Part shown: positions 54,779-64,000 of the stretch, piece by piece
Position numbering within the stretch: the stretch's first letter is position 1
Layout of the letters: the number at the start of each line of letters is the position of its first letter
Origin: the human T2T-CHM13v2.0 reference genome, Homo sapiens
NCBI RefSeq assembly: GCF_009914755.1
Contig: NC_060929.1
Length of the DNA: 64,000 nucleotides
Direction: 5' to 3' (one strand)
Program-made: the position numbers and the translations under genes
The notes under the pieces: generated by a model
The model's input: the letters and a program-made list of their open reading frames with translations, nothing else
What the model was told of the DNA's origin: nothing
The model's database searches: none

Positions 54779-57700
54779 TACTTTCAATCTATTTCTGTCT
54801 TTGAATCTAAAGTAAGTTTTTTGTAGGCAACATATAATTGCATCATATTTTTTTAATGCACTCTGTCAATCTCTGTCTTTGATTGGAGAGTTTATCCATG
54901 TATATTTAAAGTAATTACTCATAAAAAGGGTCTTATTTCTAGCGTTTTTCTGTTTTCTATATGCCTTGTAGCTTTTTTGTTTGTCCCTAATTTCCTGCAC
55001 CACTATCTCCTTTGTGTTGATTGTTTTCTGTAGTGAAATGTTTTAATTTCCTTATTTTCTTTCGTCTATATAGTTTAATGATTTTCTTTGTGGTTACCAC
55101 AGGGATTACATTTAACATTATACCATTATAATTTGAATTTATACCAGGTTAACTTCAATAACATACAAACACTTTGTTCATTTACAGTTCCATCTCACAC
55201 TTTTCAGTTATTGATGTCACACAATTACATCTTTAAACATTGTGTGTCCAAAAACATAAATAATTGGTTTTTAAAAACGAATTATGTAGAAAATTTCTCT
55301 TTAATTATGTAGAAAAAAATGTGGAGTTAGGAAACAAAGTCACAATAATGCTAGCCTTTAAACTAGTAATTGCTTTTTCTTAAATGTACTGAATTATGTA
55401 GAAAACAAAAGTAGCATTATAAACCATTGTTAAAACAATATGAGCTTTATAATTGCCCATGTATTTATCTCTACTAAGATCTTTATTTCTTCTTATACCT
55501 TTGAATTACTGTTTAGTGTTCTTGCATTTCAACATGCAGGACTCCCTTTAGGATTTCTTACAGAGCAGGTCTAGTGGTAGTGAACTCTCTTAGTTTCTGT
55601 TTATCAGGGAATGTCTTAAGTTTTCCCTCACTTCTGCTGGACATAGGATTCTTGGCTGACAGTTTTTTTTTCTTTCAGCACCATGACTATATCAACCTAC
55701 TACCTCTGGTCTTCAAAATTTTGATTAAAAAATCAGCTGATAACCTTATTTTGGATTTCTTGTGTGTGATGAGTCACTTCTCTCTGCTTTCAAGATTCTT
55801 TATCTATGTCTTTCAACAATTTGATTGTAATGTGTTTCAGTCTAGGTATCTTTGAGCTTATCCTATTTGAATCTCATTGAGTCTTGAATGTTTATATTTA
55901 TGCCTTTTGTTAAATTTGGTAAGTTTTCAGCCATTATTTCCTCTAATAATCTCTCTATCCCTTTCCCACTTTTTTTCTCCTGAGTCTTTTGTAGTGTGTA
56001 TTTGATCTTCTTGATGATGTCCACAGAACCCTTAAGCTCTGCTCCTTTTCTTCGATCTTTTTTCTTTCTGTTCTCCAAAGTCGGTAATTTAAATTTTCCT
56101 GTCTTCAACTTTGCTGATTCTTTCTTCTGCCTGCTCAAATCTGCCTTTTCATTTCTTTAGTGAATTTTTCATTTCAATTATTGTACTTTTCAGCTCTAAA
56201 TTTTTTGGTTTGTTTTTAGGTTTTCTATGCCTTTATTTATGTTTCCATTTTGTTCACACATCATGTTCTTGACTCTCTTCATATCTTCCTTTAATTCTTT
56301 GAACATCTTTAAAACAGTTGTTTTAAAGTCTTTGTCTAGTAGATCTACCTTTGTGCCATTTTTCAGCTATGGTTTCTGTTTTTTTTTTTTTTTTTTTTTA
56401 GTTTGTTTGTTGTTTTTCCTTGAACTGGTCATACTTCCCTGTTTCATTGTATGCCTTGTGGTTTTTTATTGTTGTTGAAACTGAAAATTTGAATGTAATA
56501 ATGGGTTATCTGGAAATCAGATTCTTCCTCTTTTCCAGGGTTTGTAATTTTTTGTTTTTGTTTTGTTTTTGACTGTTTTAGGCTGTCTCTGTGTTGAGAA
56601 TTAGCCTTAAGATCTTCACAGATGTTTTCTGAGCATGAGAGTTTCCCTGGGCATGCATACTGGCTCTCTTATTTCTCTTGTATATGCAGTTGCTTTTGAA
56701 TATGCTAGTCTTTAATGACTGGCTCCCAAAAAGGGAAAAGAAAAACATAAAGTGGATGAGGAGGGTGACGGTGTCAGCTCTTTAAATCCTCTGAAAATAA
56801 CTTCAGCCAAAGATAGAGGGGCTTGCAATCATGGTATGGGTATGTGCAACAATGGCTGCTTGCCTCTGTGTTTGTGTCACTGTAGTGAGAAGCAGCAATC
56901 AGCAGAAAGAACAGATCCACGATATTTAGAGGACGGGGTCTTTTGTGTCAACCCTGGTTTCTGCCAGCTGCAAGTAAGCTGCTCTAGGAACATGTGCACA
57001 GCTGCCTGCTACAGGGCTGAGGGGTGGGGGATGGGTAGCTACTGTGAGCTAAGCTGAGATTGACCAAATATACTGTACTTTACTGTCCAAGCCTTCTGAA
57101 ATTTTTAAGTCTTCAATAGACTCCAGAGTTTCAAAATAGTTATATCAGTGTGATGGTTAATATTAGGTGTCAGCTTAATTGGATTGAAGGATGCCTCGGT
57201 GGGCTGGTAAAGTAGTGTTTCTGGTGTGTCTGTGAGGGTGTTGCCAGGGGAGATTAACATTTGAGTCAGTGGATTGGGAGAGACAGACCCACCCTCAAGG
57301 TGGGTGGGCACCATCCAGTCGGCTGCCAGCATGGCTAGAACAAAAGCAGGTGGAAAAAGGTGTGATAAGATGGCTTGCTGAACCTTCTGGCTTTCACCTT
57401 TCTCCCATGCTGGATGCTTCTTGCCCTTGAACGTCAGACTCCAGTTCTTTGGCATCTGGACTCTTGGACTTACACCACTGGTTTGACAGGGGCTTTTGGG
57501 CCTTCGGCCACAGACTGAAGGCTGCACTGTTGTCCTTCCCTACTTTTGAGACTTTTGGTGTCAGACTGAGCCACTGATGGCTTCTTTCTTCATCATCTTG
57601 CAGATGGCCTATCATGGGGCTTCACCTTGTGATCATGTAAGCCAATTCTCCTTAATAAACTTCCTTTCATATATACATATATCCTATTAGTTCTGTCCCT

Positions 57701-57810
57701 CTGGAGAATCCTGACTAATAGACAGATTCTGCCAATGTGATTGTGTCCAGGTGGTGAGACAAATTCCTGGTGCTTCCTACTTCTCCATCAGCCTAGAATC
57801 CTCTCCCGTC
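54779..57810 (-). mobile_element. Old L1M 5'/ORF1 region, interrupted by an MLT2 LTR
   Basis: ORF1-like remnant (ERLLEEIMAENLPNLTKGINI.IQ) in ORF 55863..56138 and typical reverse L1M sequence. Confidence 0.78.
57149..57721 (+). mobile_element. MLT2-type (ERVL) solo LTR
   Basis: Starts 'tgtgatggttaatattaggtgtcagctt.attggattgaaggatgcc', ends 'cctattagttctgtccctctggagaatcctgactaata'. Confidence 0.88.
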
Positions 57811-58284
57811 TCTGAATTTACTTTTCATCAATAATTGATGATATAAAAGTGAGGAGCTGATTTCCATGTGATTGGATGTCTGTAAGTTAGTGTGAAAAGG
57901 ATTAAAGGGTTTTTTTCCTTTTGTATATAAAAGGTTGTTTGATGTTTACAATGCTGGAATGTTTTGTCTCTCATTTCTCTTTTGGGAAGTATTTGGAGCT
58001 TAATTTATAGAAATCTGTCATTTGCACACTATAAATATATCTAATTTAAACACAGTCTATCATCAAAGGGGAAAAATATATGCAAAAAATATATATTTTA
58101 AAACTGGTTAGTGTGGCTTACAGACCAAATTGGTGAAGCATTCAAAATGGTATTGCTTAGTTACTGAAAATGTCTGAATGCTTGTTAATGTGGGAAAAGT
58201 CTCTTCTGGATTGTCCGGAGATCTCTGACCTCTGGAAACATCTGGAAGGTTCTGAGTGCTTATTTTTTTTTCCCCTAAAACAAA

Positions 58285-58750
58285 ATACATGGAATACTAC
58301 TTAGCAATCAAAAGGAACACTATGTGCTACAACGTGAAAAGATTTGAATGGTATTATGCTAAGTGAAAAAAGCCAGTCTCAAAAGGTTCTATATTGTAAG
58401 ATACCACTTATATAACATTCTTGAAATAACAAAATTATAGAGATGGAGAACAAATTAATGATTGCTAGGAGTTTAGGATACTTAGGAAGACTGTGACTAT
58501 GACAAGATGGTACAACAAATATCATTGGGTTGAGGGAATAATTCTGTATTTTGATAGCCTTGATGGTTACACAAATCCACACATGTGATGACACTGTACA
58601 CATATACTGCAATGTTAATTTCCTGATTTATTGTGTTATAGTTACATAAGATATAGCCATTGCTGGAAACTGGCTGAGGGATGCATAGGACCCCTCCTTA
58701 CTATCTTTGCAATTTCCTGTGAATCCATAATTTTTTTAAAGTTAAAAATT
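58285..58750 (+). mobile_element. L1MC/MD-type 3' fragment
   Basis: 'atacatggaatactacttagcaatcaaaaggaac...attatgctaagtgaaaaaagccagtctcaaaaggtt'. Confidence 0.75.
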
Positions 58751-59172
58751 AGAAAAGTCACACAGAAATATAGAAATATGCCAATAAACATGTGCTGACA
58801 AAAAGGTGTTAATAAATCTTAAAATGTATCCCCTGGTTCAATCCACAATGGACTTGACAAGGATTACAAAAAAATAGCACATATGAGATAAGAAGACATC
58901 CAGTCAGAAGTTCCTGAATCCTCCAGCTTACCCAAGAGTTTGCTGGGGATTCTTCTGTTGTATGTGTATAAACATTTTCTGTGTCTAGAAATTGGTATAA
59001 CTTTTCTATTCTCTGGATGAGACTGATAAATGGAGCTCCCAATTTGATTGGCTTATGTAAACAAGTAAGTCCTTGTATATGTAATTACAACAAGAAAACT
59101 AAAAAATTGCCAATGAAAATACTCTCAGAATGCTTTAAGTTGCTGGTCCTTTAAGAAAAAAAATAAAAATCT

Positions 59173-59478
<306 letters not shown>

Positions 59479-60370
59479 ATCTTTCACAAAAGCTTATTTC
59501 AAGGAAAAACACAAAGAAATTTCACAATGAATTAAATTAACAGCCTTGGTAGCTAGGTTAAAAAATTTAAAGCAAAGAAATAAAAGTTGATACCAGGTTA
59601 GCAAAGACAAGGTAAAAAATAGTACTAAGACACTTCAGGACCTTTAAGGATATTTGAAGAGGTTTCAATATTTAGTATCTAAGGTAAAAAGAGTTGATGC
59701 AGTATTTTCAGGTAAAGGAAATCCTTGCAAAATCAGACTGATTTGATAATATTAGGGGAAAAACAGAGATGTCTTTCCCCTGGTTTTATCATTTCATAAA
59801 TCTTTTGTTAGCATGATCTGTTTTATAAAAGATTAGGTTTGTTTCCTCAATTTTTAATAATACGAATTTTTAAGATTTCCAATTCTAGGTTTATTAAACA
59901 GATAAGCTAATATTATTATTTAAACATTTAAAAAGGTTAACGAGTGTTCAGCTAGATTGAATTGTAATAACTGCTGTTTCATGAAGGAGTCGCTCTTCTT
60001 CACCTTAGGGAATTCCACAACAATCTGTTACTGAGTTACTCCACCAAATTCCTCTGAGTAAAATTCTTAGTGTCCTCTTTTTGAAAAAACACTGTCCACT
60101 AAACACATAGGCACACACATATATGCGCTTCAAATATCTGCAAATGTACAAATGTCCTGGACTTGTTCATGTTGCTAATTCATGAAATACAAAAACAATA
60201 TATCAGACTGTTGGAGGAAGGACATTGTGAGGAGACACAGGCAGCTTTCTGGAATCTCAGCTGATCTCAAGTGCACACAGGCAACTGTCTCCTAGCCTTC
60301 TCTATGTCTGTGAGGAAACAACTCAGTTACATGGTTTCAAAGTTATAACTCATGAAAAGTAGATGCTGCA

Positions 60371-61254
60371 TGTGTTAGTTTTCTTCTTTTTTTTTTAATG
60401 TGATCTTTGTCATTTTTTATTGTGTTTATTGGGATCTTGTTTTTTTTGTTAAGCTAACTACTAGTGGTCTGTTGATCTTTTTTTTGCCTCTTTTTTAAAT
60501 TTATTATTATTATACTTTAAGTTTTAGGGTACATGTGCACAGTGTGCAGGTTAGTTACATATGTATACATGTGCCATGCTGGTGCGCTGCACCCACTAAC
60601 TCGTCATCTAGCATTAGGTATATCTCCCAATGCTATCCCTCCCCCCTCCCCCCACCCCACAGCAGTCCCCAGAGTGTGATGTTCCCCTTCCTGTGTCCAT
60701 GTGTTCTCATTGTTCAATTCCCACCTATGAGTGAGAATATGCGGTGTTTGGTTTTCTAATGCTGCTGTAACAAATCACCACAGGTTCAGTGCTTTAAAAC
60801 TAGATACATTTATTATTTCACAGTTCTGCAGGTTAGAAGTACAACACTGGTCTTACTAGGCTTCAATTAGGGTGTGGGCAGATTACGGTGTGGGAAGGAC
60901 TGCATTCTGGGAGCTCTAGGAGAGAATCATTTTCTTGCCTTTTCCAGTTCCTAGAGGCCACCTGATTTCCTTGGCATGTAACCCTCTGTTTCTACCTTTA
61001 AAACTAGCAACAATGGGCCTTTCTTGTGTCACATCGCTCTGACCCTTTCATTTGCCTCCAGCTGCTCCCTTTTCCACTTTTAAGGACCTTTGTGATTACA
61101 TTGGGCCCACTGGGATAATCCAGGGTCTTCTTCCTATCTCAAGGTTAGCTGATTATAAACCTTAATTCCCCTTGGCCACGTAAGGTGGCACAGCCACAGG
61201 TCTGGGGGAATAGGCTCTGGACATCTTTGGGAGGACATTATTCTGCCTACTACA
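60371..61254 (-). mobile_element. MLT1-type LTR, split near its end by the L1 insertion
   Basis: Removing the insertion restores 'tgtgttagttttct|aatgctgctgtaacaaatcaccaca'; other end 'ggacatctttgggaggacattattctgcctactaca'. Confidence 0.82.
60385..60750 (-). mobile_element. Young L1PA (PA2/PA3-like) 3' end (~260 bp) plus extra downstream sequence
   Basis: Near-consensus L1 3'UTR with GAG (not the Ta ACA) at the diagnostic site; TSD GTTTTCT at 60378-60384 and 60751-60757. Confidence 0.92.
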
Positions 61255-61788
61255 CTGTACTAGGTACAATAGTTGTAAAATAATATGAATGTGTCTGTAA
61301 GATAATGGAATGCATTTTTGTTTATCGAGGAAGAAAGTGTGTCTAAGGTTAAAAAATCTGGCTGTGTGTTAATATGTAAAATTAAGACATATTTGAGGAT
61401 GTGCAATAAGTTATGGAAAGGTTGAGAAGAAGTGAACCTTATTTGTCTTGGTTTATAATGCCTGGAAATAATGAACTTGAAAAAAAAAAAACAATGAAAG
61501 GTGTCACAGTCTTTTATAAAGTTTGTGTAATTTTGATGAGTTTACTTACAAGATAGAGAAAAGGCCTGTGAACTTTCTACTGCAAATGTTACATGAGTAG
61601 GGTACAAAAATAATGAAGTTAGTGTTGGGTTTTCTCTCTGATTATATTTGAGTATATACTCTGTTTTCAGTAAGAAATTGTGAAGAATAGTCTGTGCCCA
61701 AAGAACAAGAGCTTCTTTTGTCACTAAAATCCTCCTACTTGATATCGTGTTAATTTTTTTTTTGCGCTTTTGTTACTCTCAAGTCACT

Positions 61789-61883
61789 TTTAGCAAAATT
61801 TCCTCACTTGTGGAAATGCTAGAGTTCAATCTTTTAAATTAATATTTAGCAAAAGATCCTTGCTTATGAAAATGCTAGAGTTC
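61789..61883. repeat. Diverged ~39-bp direct repeat
   Basis: TTTAGCAAAA..TCCT..CTT.TG.AAATGCTAGAGTTC occurs twice ~56 bp apart. Confidence 0.75.
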
Positions 61884-62006
61884 CTAATAACTTCTTTAAC
61901 CGTTTTATTATAAATATTATCATTCTGAGCCAAGCTGAAGTTACGTCTTGTCTTCAGCCACTCCAGATTTACACTCATATCTTGCATCCCAGATAACTCT
62001 TTTTGA

Positions 62007-62313
<307 letters not shown>

Positions 62314-63816
62314 TCAAACTAATACAACTTTTAGAAGTATCTTCTACATCTAAACCATCTTTGCGGTTTCTCAGAAAACTTCCGGTGACACTAAAGATTT
62401 TTCTTCTTCACTTTATGAGAAAAGGGATCCTAGAAATAATTGGCTATGTTCAGCATTTCGTAGATTTTTATTTGGTTTAATACTATGTTGAGAGCTGTCC
62501 TGTTCATCAAGAATCCAATACAAAAAGACCTGCCAAGACATGAAAAAATGAAAAGCTCAACCACCACTTAATTATGATGAGTAAAATATGAGCATTATGA
62601 TTATGCTTCAGCAGTGATGACCTTTTCATTGTGGAGAGAGGCACACTCTCCTTCATGTTAAAGAATGGCACAATAATGGTCAACAATTTTTTAAAAGAAG
62701 ATCCCATTTCCACATTTAAAATAGCCTTTTCAGTTGGTGGTAATCCAAACACACATTGGATGGAATAAATTAAAAGGCCATGGAGATTGTTCTGTGCCCT
62801 CACCACTCTCATGGCCGTCACTGACTAATTCTTTATGAAACTAAACTGGCCTCAATTTGGATATTAGTGGTTATAATGAGTAAACAACCAGACCTATTCA
62901 GCCTTAGCACCAACAGGTGGTTTCTGATTTTTTGTCACACGATCCTAAATACCCCTGCCAAAACCATGCGTCAGTATTGATGGCTGCTGGAAGAAACATC
63001 ACAACAGCTCGATTAAAGGACTCTAACAAGTTCTTTCGACACTTCATAGAATAGAAAATTGGATCTTAGTTACACGCATCCCTATATCAGCTGATATCAC
63101 CACCACATATGAAGACTACCAAGGGACTGAGTCAGGAGTTCCAGAACTTGTTTGCACTGGAGGCAGAAAACTTTGAGAAAGTGGAGTGCCTACTAATCCA
63201 AGATCAACAAAACAAGGATTAATTACCTCAACAAAATGATACAAATTTCGCTGTGATTACTGTTCTGATTTGAATCGGGCATGTTATAGAAGCCTTCTGT
63301 CTATTTCCTCTGTCTCCAGTGCTTGATCTAACAGGTTATGCTTATAAAGACTAGAATAAAACATTCCTTAAATGGTATCTTCTAATTAATCCTTCAAAAC
63401 TCATTTTTAAAATCCTTTAAAAATTTTAAAACAGATGATGATAATAAATTATCAGGAAAAGCTAATAACTATAATAGTCCTGCAAATATCATGACATATA
63501 TTGATTGGTCTGAAACTATACAACAACTGAAAGCAATAGTTACATTATTATTTAACTATTATTATTACTAATCTGGGTGTTTTTCTTTAGCCATAGGCCT
63601 TCATATTTACCTAGAATCTGTCCTCCTTCCTACCAGAATGTAATTGAGTAAATCAAATCTGTGATAATGACCATGCCAGAGATGTTACATTTAAAGGGAA
63701 ATATAATGTAATTAGACATGACAAGCTCATTTAAAATGAGTGCATTTCATATGTGGGGTTAATGCCTACACCATCCTCCCAGGACACTGGCTTGGTTCAT
63801 GTTGTGTAGCTTAGGG

Positions 63817-64000
63817 CAGGGGTCCCCAAGCCCTGGGCCATGGAACAATACTGGTCCATGGCCTGTTAGGAACCAGGCCACACAGCAGGAGGTGAGCAGC
63901 AGGTGAGCGAGAATTACAGCCTGAGCTTCGCCTTCTGTCAGATCAGTGGTGTCATTAGATTCTTACAGGAGTGTGAGCCCTATTGTGAACAATGCATGTG
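63817..64000 (+). mobile_element. MER1 (hAT-Charlie) element running off the window edge
   Basis: 'caggggtccccaa.ccctgggccatgga...tactggtccatggcctgttaggaaccaggccacacagcaggaggtgagc'. Confidence 0.85.

Overview
Primate (human-like) genomic DNA lying entirely inside the 3' part of CTNND2 (delta-catenin), transcribed on the minus strand. Five coding exons join in frame with canonical GT/AG ends: 48391-48601, 43598-43682, 18176-18302, 13736-13867 and 7406-7479. They encode the last armadillo repeats and the C-terminal tail; the terminal exon with the PDZ ligand is not in the window. The rest is intron: 14 Alus, L1/L2/MIR fragments, MLT/ERV LTRs, DNA-transposon relics (Tigger1, MER2, MER5, MER8, MER1), a U6 pseudogene and several micro/minisatellites. 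Almost all ORF-track entries are spurious. I found no evidence of a new protein-coding system. The best-supported oddities are two short L1 insertions whose TSDs enclose extra sequence and a second A-tail (3' transductions), and two ~500-600 bp degenerate fold-back palindromes. Less certain are two candidate alternative last exons that would remove the PDZ-binding tail, a CTCF-like motif 15 nt past the donor of a symmetric exon, and an NFI+AP-1 composite site. Repeat family names are recalled from consensus sequences by eye, and repeat boundaries are approximate.
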